From an uncultured Clostridia bacterium (GTDB lineage: Bacteria > Bacillota > Clostridia > TANB77 > CAG-508): a stretch of DNA of 32,000 nucleotides. Below the pieces are notes generated by a model. It was not told where the DNA came from. It saw nothing but the letters and a program-made list of their open reading frames with translations, and made no database searches. Location: the NCBI GenBank assembly GCA_934182605.1, contig CAKPRQ010000001.1, positions 119,783 to 151,782 on the forward strand, in the 5' to 3' direction. The position numbers were made by a program, and so were the translations under genes. Positions 7,790 to 16,134 of the stretch are shown piece by piece; position 1 is the stretch's first letter, and the number at the start of each line of letters is the position of its first letter.

Positions 7790-9229
7790 TTACACTTTTA
7801 GAATTCCACCTAATGTTTTATTTAGTTGAAATTCATCATTTCTATCTTCTTTTAAGATTTTTCCTCCACCAGAGATTACAATAACATCATCAGTTTTTAT
7901 TAACTCTTTATTTTTCATATCTTTTATACTATGAGATACTAAAGCCTCTATTGAACCTTGCTTATTATATAACATTGGATATATATTCCAAGATAATCCT
8001 AATTGTCTAAATGTTTTTGGATTATCCAATATTGCATATATTGGACAACTTGGCAAAAATCCAGCCAATTTTTTTGGACTATTTCCCGTATTCGTATATG
8101 CAAATATTGCTTTAGCATCGCTTGCCATTGCTGTTAGGCATATTGCCCTTGCCGAATTTGTTTCAAATCTATCTTTTCCAGTTAGTCCTCTTCTATTAGA
8201 AAACATTGCCCAATAATCTATAGAATTTTCTGTTTCTTCTGCTATTCTAGACATTGTTTTCACACATTCCACAGGATATTGTCCTGTTGCACTTTCTGCT
8301 GATAACATTATTGCACTTGTCATATCGAAAATTGCATTTGCTATGTCACTAACTTCTGCTCTAGTTGGCCTAGCATTTGTTACCATACTTTCTAACATTT
8401 GTGTTGCTGTTATTACTGGTTTACCTGCTAAATTACATTTTTGTATAAATTTCTTTTGGAGTATTGGTACCTCATATACGGGAATTTCTACACCCAAATC
8501 TCCTCTTGCAACCATTATTCCATCAGATACTTCTAATATCTCATCAAAATTATTTATACCTTCTCTATTTTCTATCTTAGATATTATTTTTATATTTTCT
8601 CCACCATTTTCTTCTAAAACTTTTCTAATATCTAAAACATCTTGTGCTTTTCTTATAAAAGAAGCTGCTACAAAATCAAAATCTGCTTTTATGCAATATT
8701 TCAAGTCACTTATATCATTTTCAGTTAAGCTAGGTAAATTTAGATTTAAATCTGGAACATTTATACTTTTCCTATTTGAAATCTTACCTCCATGTATTAT
8801 ATCACATAAGATATCTTTATCGACTATTTTCTTAACTTTTAATTCTATTATTCCATCATTTATTAGAATCTTAGAACCTTCGTATACTTCCTTATATAAG
8901 TTTTTATACGTAATACTAACTTTAGTATTATCACCTACTATATCTTCATGTAAAAGAGTAAATTCATTTCCTGCTTCTAATATATATTCGTGTTCTCTAA
9001 ATATACCAATTCTTATTTCAGGCCCTTTTGTATCCATAAGCAAGGCTACAGGCAAGTTTAATTCTCGCCTCACCTCTTTTACATTATTTATTCTTTCTAC
9101 TTGTTCCTCATAACTTCCATGTGAAAAATTAATTCTTGCAACATTCATACCTGCTTTCATTAATTTTCTTAAGGCTTCTTTACTATCACTTGCAGGTCCT
9201 ATTGTACATACTATTTTAGTTTTCCTCAT
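7790..9229 (-). CDS. pyk: Pyruvate kinase
   Basis: 479 aa. N-terminus MRKTKIVCTIGPAS, then MVARGDLGVEIP and other pyruvate kinase barrel motifs. Lies 19 nt downstream of the phosphorylase gene. Confidence 0.92.
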   Translation of the reverse strand: MRKTKIVCTIGPASDSKEALRKLMKAGMNVARINFSHGSYEEQVERINNVKEVRRELNLPVALLMDTKGPEIRIGIFREHEYILEAGNEFTLLHEDIVGDNTKVSITYKNLYKEVYEGSKILINDGIIELKVKKIVDKDILCDIIHGGKISNRKSINVPDLNLNLPSLTENDISDLKYCIKADFDFVAASFIRKAQDVLDIRKVLEENGGENIKIISKIENREGINNFDEILEVSDGIMVARGDLGVEIPVYEVPILQKKFIQKCNLAGKPVITATQMLESMVTNARPTRAEVSDIANAIFDMTSAIMLSAESATGQYPVECVKTMSRIAEETENSIDYWAMFSNRRGLTGKDRFETNSARAICLTAMASDAKAIFAYTNTGNSPKKLAGFLPSCPIYAILDNPKTFRQLGLSWNIYPMLYNKQGSIEALVSHSIKDMKNKELIKTDDVIVISGGGKILKEDRNDEFQLNKTLGGILKV

Positions 9230-9248
9230 ATTTTAATCATCGCCCCTA

Positions 9249-11837
9249 TTATTTTTCTAACCATTTAACTAAATTTAAATTTTCCTCACGTAAAATCATA
9301 TCTGTTTTAGGTACTACTCTAAAAGTATATCCATAATTTCCACTAATATTCAATTCTATAGTAGCCTCATACTCACAAACTGTTTTATTTAAGGAATCAA
9401 ATACTTCTACTGAAATACAATTCATAGGTAAAATTTCTTTTTCCTCTATTACTCCTGAACTTAATATTTTGCCATAATATAATTGTACTTCTATATCTTC
9501 CGAACTTATATTTTCTAATTCTACTCTACATTTTACTGTAATAGCATCTCCAACATTTGTTATTGTATGCTCTAAATTATCTACTTGTTCTAATTTCATT
9601 TTATCCCAATTATTACGTAAATTTTCTTTCCACTTTATATATTCTTCTATTTCTGCTGTACCTTCATAATGATTTTGTGTCAATTCGCAAAGTGGCATAT
9701 ATAGTTTTTCGGTATATTCAACAAGCATTCTTGCGGTACTATATCTCCAAGAGTTTGATATTATAGATTCTTTCATTATTTTTAGCCATTCATCTGAAAA
9801 GCCACTTCTATTTAAATTATAATAGATTGGAATAATTTCTTTTTCTAATATATCGTAGATACTTTCACTGTCTGCTCTATCTTGTGCTTCATAAGACTCA
9901 TACATTGCATTTGTTCCTATAGCCCAACCATTCTTTCTTTTAGCATCATAACCTTCTGCCCACCAACCATCTAAGACACTAAAATTAATAACTCCATTGG
10001 TTGCAGCTTTTTGACCACTTGTTCCAGAAGCCTCCATAGGTCTTCTAGGATTATTTAACCAAACATCTACACCACTTATTAAATATCTTGCAACAGCTAT
10101 ATTATAATTTTCAATCACAAATATTTTTCCTTTAAACTGTGGCATTTGAGAAATTTCATTAATATATTTTAAAACATTTTGACCTTCAACATCTGCTGGG
10201 TGAGCTTTTCCTGAAAATATTAATTGCACTGGTCTTTCAGGATTACTTAATAACTTAGTTATTCTCTCTAAATCTTTAAATATTAAAGCTGCCCTTTTAT
10301 ATGTTGCAAACCTTCTAGCGAAACCTATTGTTAATGCATTTGGATTTAGCTTTGATACTATATCTTTTATTTCATCATAAGGTTTTCCATACTTTTTATA
10401 TCTTTCAACTGTATCTTTTTTTACTAATGCAAATAATTTTTCTTTTCTAACAATATGTTCTCTCCATAACTTTTCGTCTGGAATACTTCTTATATCTTTC
10501 CATATTTCTGGCTGATAAATCTTATCTTGCCAATATGGAGTTAAATATCTATTATATAATTCTTTTATATTTTGGCCTAACCATGTACAAGTATGAATAC
10601 CATTTGTAATATACTCAATCGGTGCTTCTGAAGTAGCTATATTACTCCATAATTCTCCAAACAATTCTTTTGAAACTTCTCCATGCAATTTACTTACGCC
10701 ATTTTTCTTACCTGCTATTTTTAAAGCTAATATTGCCATATTAAATCCTTTTTCAAGTTCATCATTCTTAGTTGGTTTCATACCTAATTTTAAAAATTCT
10801 TCTCTATCTAAGCCTATTCTACCCCAAAAGTCTTTAAAATATTTTTCAACTAATGATATTGGGAAAACATCATTGCCAGCAGGTACAGGAGTATGTGTTG
10901 TGAATACTGTCTTTGAAGATACTTTTGCCTTTGCTACTTCAAAAGGAACATGTTCTGTTTCCATTATATCTCTTATTAATTCTACAGTTACAAAAGATGA
11001 ATGTCCTTCATTCATATGGTATACTGTAGGTTTTATTCCTAACTTATTAAATAAATTAGTTCCTGCCATACCTAAAATAATTTCTTGTCTAATTCTCATA
11101 TCTTGGTCTCCGCCATATAATCTTAATGTTATTGGGCGTATTGTCTCGTCATTTTCAGGTATATCTGTATCTAATAAATATAAATTAACTCTTCCTACTG
11201 CTATTTTCCATACTTTTAAATAAACTTTTTTCTTACCAAATCTTACATATGTAATTAAATCATCCCCGCTCTCTGTTTTAACAGGGAATATTGGTAAACT
11301 ATATAAATCAATATTCTTATATTCAGAACTTTGTGAGCCATCTGGATTTATTATTTGATGAAAATATCCATTTTTATATAGGAGTCCTACTGCTACAAAT
11401 GGTAAACCTAAATCACTAGCTGATTTTAGATGGTCACCAGATAAAATTCCAAGGCCACCTGAATATATTGGTAATATTTCATCTAAACCATATTCGGCTG
11501 AAAAATATGCGATTAAATCCTTATCATTATTTGGATATTTCTTTTTAAACCACGTATTTTTACTCTCCATATAAGCATCAAAGTCTTCTACCATTTTATC
11601 ATATTTTCTTAAAAAATCGTAATTTTCAGATGCTCTTTCTAATTTTCTTTGATCTACTATTTTTAGAAATTTTACTGGATTTTTTCCTGCTTCTAACCAT
11701 AAGTCTAAATCAATCATTTTAAATAATTGTAAAAATTCTGTGTTCCAAGACCACCACAAATTGCTTGAAACATCGAATAATCTGTTTATTCTTTTAGGTA
11801 ATTGTGGATTAACTGTTATTCTATTAAATATGTACAT
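9249..11837 (-). CDS. glgP: Alpha-glucan (glycogen/maltodextrin) phosphorylase, GT35 alpha-glucan family
   Basis: 862 aa. GGLGILSGDHLKSASDLGLP, and EASGTSGQKAATNG containing the PLP-lysine motif. GGAGG SD. Confidence 0.88.
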   Translation of the reverse strand: MYIFNRITVNPQLPKRINRLFDVSSNLWWSWNTEFLQLFKMIDLDLWLEAGKNPVKFLKIVDQRKLERASENYDFLRKYDKMVEDFDAYMESKNTWFKKKYPNNDKDLIAYFSAEYGLDEILPIYSGGLGILSGDHLKSASDLGLPFVAVGLLYKNGYFHQIINPDGSQSSEYKNIDLYSLPIFPVKTESGDDLITYVRFGKKKVYLKVWKIAVGRVNLYLLDTDIPENDETIRPITLRLYGGDQDMRIRQEIILGMAGTNLFNKLGIKPTVYHMNEGHSSFVTVELIRDIMETEHVPFEVAKAKVSSKTVFTTHTPVPAGNDVFPISLVEKYFKDFWGRIGLDREEFLKLGMKPTKNDELEKGFNMAILALKIAGKKNGVSKLHGEVSKELFGELWSNIATSEAPIEYITNGIHTCTWLGQNIKELYNRYLTPYWQDKIYQPEIWKDIRSIPDEKLWREHIVRKEKLFALVKKDTVERYKKYGKPYDEIKDIVSKLNPNALTIGFARRFATYKRAALIFKDLERITKLLSNPERPVQLIFSGKAHPADVEGQNVLKYINEISQMPQFKGKIFVIENYNIAVARYLISGVDVWLNNPRRPMEASGTSGQKAATNGVINFSVLDGWWAEGYDAKRKNGWAIGTNAMYESYEAQDRADSESIYDILEKEIIPIYYNLNRSGFSDEWLKIMKESIISNSWRYSTARMLVEYTEKLYMPLCELTQNHYEGTAEIEEYIKWKENLRNNWDKMKLEQVDNLEHTITNVGDAITVKCRVELENISSEDIEVQLYYGKILSSGVIEEKEILPMNCISVEVFDSLNKTVCEYEATIELNISGNYGYTFRVVPKTDMILREENLNLVKWLEK

Positions 11838-11882
11838 AATTATATTATCCTCCTTAGTTATTTTTAAATTTTCAATAGCTTT

Positions 11883-11911
11883 ATTATATTTTATATTATA
11901 TATTTTGTCAA
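11883..11911 (-). promoter_or_regulatory. Consensus sigma-A promoter for the phosphorylase-pyk unit
   Basis: On the - strand: TTGACA (11911-11906), 17 nt, TATAAT (11888-11883). Confidence 0.55.
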
Positions 11912-11943
11912 TATAAAAAAATAGGTTTGTAAAAAAAAAATGC

Positions 11944-12072
11944 TACAGTTCAGTAACTATTTTATAAAATCGTGATATATAGCTATTTGCGAGTCAAGAC
12001 CCGGATTGTGTCACCCTAGATATGTTTTGACTAAAAATAGCTATATATCACGATTTTATAAAGGATTCTGTA
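11944..12072 (+). repeat. Hairpin repeat element, copy 1 (conserved 46-nt core inside perfect 28-bp inverted arms)
   Basis: Arms 11961-11988 and 12035-12062 are exact reverse complements. Core 11989-12034 is gcgagtcaagacccggattgtgtcaccctagatatgttttgactaa. The strand given is the core orientation. Confidence 0.85.
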
Positions 12073-12128
12073 AAATTAAAAAAAATTATCCTAACTTATA
12101 TGCTAGAATAATTTATATGTATTTAATT

Positions 12129-12380
12129 TTAAATTTTTCTATAAATAAATATTGCACCTATCATCCCAATAATACTTGCTACATTCACGTTTACCATTAA
12201 TGCAAATGTTAATTTTATTATACCCATATCCAATTCTAATGGTGTTGACAATCCAAACCTTTCTCCATATGCTAACCAACTTAAAAAATCTACGCCCTTT
12301 GCCGCATTACCTAATAGACCGCCTAATACTAAACCACATAATATAAATAAAATTAACAGCCAGCCGCCTTTGTTTTTCAT
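12129..12380 (-). CDS. Small membrane protein, DUF4321-like
   Basis: 83 aa. WLLILFILCGLVLGGLLG N-terminal TM and a C-terminal IIGMIGAIFIYRKI helix. This resembles my recollection of the DUF4321 family. GGAGG SD. Confidence 0.6.
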   Translation of the reverse strand: MKNKGGWLLILFILCGLVLGGLLGNAAKGVDFLSWLAYGERFGLSTPLELDMGIIKLTFALMVNVNVASIIGMIGAIFIYRKI

Positions 12381-12413
12381 TTATTTTCCTCCACAATTAT
12401 TACTAATATTTAA

Positions 12414-12749
12414 TTAATTTGTTTTCTGCCAGAACCAGTCTAAACTATTATCAATACTTTTTCTGTTTTTTACTTTTGCTTCTATATCGTCCACCCATAA
12501 GTAAGAGATAAATGATATAAATATAAATATGAAGTTAATTGACATACAATTTAATATTGTGTTCTTCATTTCAGCTAAATCTGGATTTCTTAATGCTACT
12601 ACATAATATATTAATAATCCTAAAAAGACAACCAATGCTCCAGCTGGCAATAAACTATTTTTTGTAGTTTTTCCTAAAAGAATAGTACCAATTAAAAGAA
12701 CTAATATTAATAATAAAGTGAATGGATTTGAAATATCTATAATTCCCAT
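12414..12749 (-). CDS. Hypothetical membrane protein (3 predicted TM)
   Basis: 111 aa. GAGGAGG SD upstream of the ATG. Lies 21 nt downstream of glmM. Confidence 0.6.
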   Translation of the reverse strand: MGIIDISNPFTLLLILVLLIGTILLGKTTKNSLLPAGALVVFLGLLIYYVVALRNPDLAEMKNTILNCMSINFIFIFISFISYLWVDDIEAKVKNRKSIDNSLDWFWQKTN

Positions 12750-12770
12750 ATTTACTCCTCCTCTTTTTAT

Positions 12771-14135
12771 TTATTTTAAGACATCTTCTATTAAATTAGC
12801 TAAACTTTTAGCTTTTTCAGTTATAAAATTTATGTCCTTTCCTTCTATCATAACTCTTACTAAAGGTTCTGTTCCTGAAGCTCTTACTAAAACTCTACCT
12901 TTATTCTCTAAAAGTTTGTTTATTTCTTCTATTGCATCACAAATAATCTTATTACTATTATAATCTTTTTTCTTCTCATTGTCAACCCTTGCATTTATTA
13001 AAATTTGAGGATATTGTTGAAATACTTCCCAGATTTTAGATGGTTTCCAAGATTTCTCTAATAAAATTTTTATTAAAAATAATGATGTTAAAATTCCATC
13101 TCCTGTATTATTATACTTTCTTAATATTATATGTCCTGATTGTTCTCCTCCTAGTACATAATTTCCTTCTAGCATTCTTTCTAATACATACCTATCGCCT
13201 ACTTTTGTTTGCTCAAATTTTATATTATTATTTGAGACAAATTCGTGTAATCCAATATTGCTCATTACTGTTGCTACAAGTGTATCACTTTCTAGTTCAT
13301 TCTTTTCTTTTAAGTATTGAGAGATTATTGCTAAAAGTGCATCTCCATCTATAATTCTACCGGTTTCGTCTACAGCTAACATTCTATCTCCATCGCCATC
13401 GTATGCGATACCTAAATCATATTTATTTTTTACAACACATTCTTTTAACATTTCTAAATGTGTTGAGCCACATTTTTCGTTTATATTTATTCCATTTGGT
13501 TTATTATTTATAATATCAAATTTAATATTTAATTTTTTAAATAGATTTTCTGCCATCTTATAAGTAGCTCCATTTGCTGTATCTATCAGTACCTTGAAAT
13601 CATTTTTATTTAATGCAAGTATATCTTTAAGAATGTCTAAAATATATTCCTCATATTCATTATTTAATTCATAAGCTAATGTTAATTGCCCAATTTTATC
13701 ATATCCTACATTTAAGCTACGTAATGTTTCCTCATCTTCTAACAAAGCTTCTATTTCTTCTTCTATTTCATCTGAAAGCTTCATTCCTTTATTACTAAAA
13801 AATTTTATTCCATTATATTCATAAGAATTGTGTGAAGCTGATATAACAACTGCTGCATCCGCTTTTTCTTTTACAGTTAAATACGATACAACTGGAGTTG
13901 GTGTTACTCCTAATGATTTTACATTTGCTCCTACGCTTAAAAATCCTGCAATCATTGCACATTCTAACATATTTCCTGATATTCTAGTATCTTTTCCTAT
14001 TAATATAACTGGTGTGTGTCCCATAGTTTTAGCTAACACAGTTGCTCCTGCTTTAGCTACTCTAAAAGCAAATTCTGGTGTAAGATTAATATTTGCAATG
14101 TCTCTTATACCATCTGTTCCAAAATATTTTCTCAT
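12771..14135 (-). CDS. glmM: Phosphoglucosamine mutase
   Basis: 454 aa. MRKYFGTDGIRD N-terminus, active-site loop SASHNSYEYNGIKFF, metal site YDGDGDR. Confidence 0.92.
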   Translation of the reverse strand: MRKYFGTDGIRDIANINLTPEFAFRVAKAGATVLAKTMGHTPVILIGKDTRISGNMLECAMIAGFLSVGANVKSLGVTPTPVVSYLTVKEKADAAVVISASHNSYEYNGIKFFSNKGMKLSDEIEEEIEALLEDEETLRSLNVGYDKIGQLTLAYELNNEYEEYILDILKDILALNKNDFKVLIDTANGATYKMAENLFKKLNIKFDIINNKPNGININEKCGSTHLEMLKECVVKNKYDLGIAYDGDGDRMLAVDETGRIIDGDALLAIISQYLKEKNELESDTLVATVMSNIGLHEFVSNNNIKFEQTKVGDRYVLERMLEGNYVLGGEQSGHIILRKYNNTGDGILTSLFLIKILLEKSWKPSKIWEVFQQYPQILINARVDNEKKKDYNSNKIICDAIEEINKLLENKGRVLVRASGTEPLVRVMIEGKDINFITEKAKSLANLIEDVLK

Positions 14136-14204
14136 TTTTAACCCTTCCTTATAACATTCATTTAAGAATACAGTTTTTGTATTCCTTTTTTTAACATAGA
14201 AAGT

Positions 14205-14233
14205 ATTCTATCATATTTTTTTTTAAAATGCAA
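14205..14233 (-). promoter_or_regulatory. Sigma-A type promoter of the glmM operon
   Basis: On the - strand: TTGCAT (14233-14228), 17 nt, TAGAAT (14210-14205), with TGa upstream (extended -10). Confidence 0.5.
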
Positions 14234-14239
14234 ATACAG

Positions 14240-14261
14240 GGCGGAGCAAAAATGCTCCGCC
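14240..14261 (-). terminator. GC-rich hairpin terminator of the second higher-GC cassette
   Basis: ggcggagca (14240-14248) / tgctccgcc (14253-14261) with a 4-nt loop, 6 nt after the ORF stop. The downstream T-tract on the - strand is interrupted (ctgtatttgcatttt). Confidence 0.5.
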
Positions 14262-14267
14262 TGAAAC

Positions 14268-14519
14268 CTATGCCTTTATTGCTATGAGATACACGACCCA
14301 TGAAAGAAGCGAGAGAAATGTTGTCAAGAAAAATACCACCAAGGCATTTTCAAGAAACTCAATCAATCCATACATTTTAGTATTCTTGACGGAGCGTAAC
14401 AACACTGCCAAAATGACAGTTATCACAAAAAGTGCCAATACAATATATCCATCATGGAAAAAACTGCCAACGGCTTCAAGCACTCCCATATTCAGCCAAC
14501 TGTCGATGTACTCAGACAT
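14268..14519 (-). CDS. Small 2-TM membrane protein of unknown function, in a higher-GC cassette
   Basis: 83 aa. AGAGGAG SD. Two hydrophobic helices (YIVLALFVITVILAVLL and ALVVFFLTTFLSLLSWVVYLIAI). 98 G+C of 252 nt (39%) by hand count, with GC-ending codons atypical of the neighbouring genes. Confidence 0.55.
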   Translation of the reverse strand: MSEYIDSWLNMGVLEAVGSFFHDGYIVLALFVITVILAVLLRSVKNTKMYGLIEFLENALVVFFLTTFLSLLSWVVYLIAIKA

Positions 14520-14562
14520 AACTAACTCCTCTAATTATAGGGTTAATAAAAACATTATTATA

Positions 14563-14591
14563 ATTTTATCACTTCTAAGGCATTATGTCAA
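14563..14591 (-). promoter_or_regulatory. Sigma-A type promoter of the second cassette, 3 nt after the fmt stop
   Basis: On the - strand: TTGACA (14591-14586), 17 nt, TAAAAT (14568-14563). Confidence 0.5.
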
Positions 14592-14593
14592 AT

Positions 14594-15565
14594 TCAACTT
14601 AAAATTGTGTTACCTCTCAAATAATCTAATATATTCATTTTTTTAGCATTTTCTGCTTGAATTTCTAAAATTGAGATTATTCCATTTTTTGCCTTTAGAA
14701 ATAAACCTTTTTTTGAATCTGCTATTAATACATCTCCATAATTATTCTTATTTAATTCTTCTAATGGACAATTATATTGTTGTATAAAATCTTTTTCATC
14801 TATAACTTGAGCTTTCCAAATCTTAATCTTTTTATTGTTTATAAATGTATACGCTCCCATTATAGGATTTAGACCTCTTATTAAATTTTTTATTTCTTGA
14901 GCAGTATTAAGCTCCCAATTTATTTTTGCAATACTTTTATCTAACATTGGAGCATATGATGGTTCTTCTTGTCCTACACTTGTCTGAGGTATCCTTCTTA
15001 TTCTTCCTTTTTCTATTCTTCTAATTGTTTCTACTAATAGTTTTGAACCTATTTTGGCTAATTTATCCCAAACTTCTCCTAGCGTTTCGTCTTCACCAAT
15101 TTCAACTTCTTCTTTTAATAACATATCTCCTTCATCCATTTTTTCATTTATAAGCATAGTTGTTATTCCAGTTTTTTTATCTCCATTTATAACTGCCCAT
15201 TGTATTGGTGCTGCACCTCTATATTTAGGAAGAAGTGAGCCGTGAACATTTATGCAGCCTATTTTAGGAAGGTCTAATATTTCTTTAGGTATTATTTTAC
15301 CATAAGCAACAACACATATAAGATCTGGTTTTTTAGACTTTATTTTATCTATTAATTCATTATTACCTTTTAATTTTAAAGGTTGTTCTATCTCTAAACC
15401 ATTTTCTAATGCATATTCTTTTACAGGCGAATATACAAATTTTAACCCTCTACCTTTTTGTTTGTCTGGATTTGTGATTACTAAACTTACATTATAACCT
15501 GCCTCAACTAATTCCTGTAAAGATTCCTTAGCAAAATCAGGTGTTCCCATAAATATTATATTCAT
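14594..15565 (-). CDS. fmt: Methionyl-tRNA formyltransferase
   Basis: 323 aa. MNIIFMGTPDFA N-terminus and INVHGSLLPKYRGAAPIQ catalytic motif. Lies downstream of def. Confidence 0.93.
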   Translation of the reverse strand: MNIIFMGTPDFAKESLQELVEAGYNVSLVITNPDKQKGRGLKFVYSPVKEYALENGLEIEQPLKLKGNNELIDKIKSKKPDLICVVAYGKIIPKEILDLPKIGCINVHGSLLPKYRGAAPIQWAVINGDKKTGITTMLINEKMDEGDMLLKEEVEIGEDETLGEVWDKLAKIGSKLLVETIRRIEKGRIRRIPQTSVGQEEPSYAPMLDKSIAKINWELNTAQEIKNLIRGLNPIMGAYTFINNKKIKIWKAQVIDEKDFIQQYNCPLEELNKNNYGDVLIADSKKGLFLKAKNGIISILEIQAENAKKMNILDYLRGNTILS

Positions 15566-15610
15566 TTAAAATTCTCCTATCTTACTAAAATTATAATATA
15601 TATAATGTAA

Positions 15611-16084
15611 CTACTCAGGTGTTACTACTTCTAAAGTTCCTGGCAAAATCTTATCTATAAAAACTTCACCATTCAAATGATCTATTTCATGGCATAACGC
15701 TTGTGCTAATAAACCTTTTGCTTTTATTGTTGTTTTTTTACCATTTTCATCTAAACCCGTTACTACTACCTCTTCTGGTCTTTCCACTTGTCCAAATGTT
15801 GTAGGAAAACTTAAGCAACCTTCTCCTACAATTTGTTTTCCTTTAGTCTTTTCTAAAACTGGATTTATTAATGCAAAACTAGGGCCATCATCATATAAAT
15901 CTATTACTATTACTCTCTTCAAGATTCCTACTTGTGGAGCAGCAAGTCCTAGTCCATCAAATTTATGCATCGTGTCCATCATATCTTTTATAAGGTCTCT
16001 TATTTTATCATCTATAACATCTACTTCTTTAGAACGTTTTCTTAATATTTCGTCATCTTCTTTTCTAATATTTCTAATTCCCAT
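15611..16084 (-). CDS. def: Peptide deformylase
   Basis: 157 aa. Contains the three PDF motifs GLAAPQ, EGCLSFP and HEIDHLNG. Confidence 0.93.
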   Translation of the reverse strand: MGIRNIRKEDDEILRKRSKEVDVIDDKIRDLIKDMMDTMHKFDGLGLAAPQVGILKRVIVIDLYDDGPSFALINPVLEKTKGKQIVGEGCLSFPTTFGQVERPEEVVVTGLDENGKKTTIKAKGLLAQALCHEIDHLNGEVFIDKILPGTLEVVTPE

Positions 16085-16134
16085 TTATATTACCTTCCCT
16101 TTCTAGCTTTTCTTAAAAATCATAAATCAATACA

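Noticed and set aside
11961-12062. Reading the hairpin elements as invertible promoter switches (invertons) or integron attC sites
   Set aside because: The inverted repeats enclose only about 45 bp, too short for a typical invertible promoter segment, and copy 2 is inverted together with its flanks rather than core-only. In attC sites the ends are conserved and the centre is variable, which is the opposite pattern. There is also no cassette array or integrase here.
14168-14200. Small hairpin gaatac/gtattc followed by a T-run on the + strand, just upstream of the glmM start
   Set aside because: It has only 6 bp and there is no + strand gene for it to terminate. On the - strand it lies in the glmM leader, where it has no following U-tract. 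I treat it as incidental, although a minor leader structure cannot be excluded.
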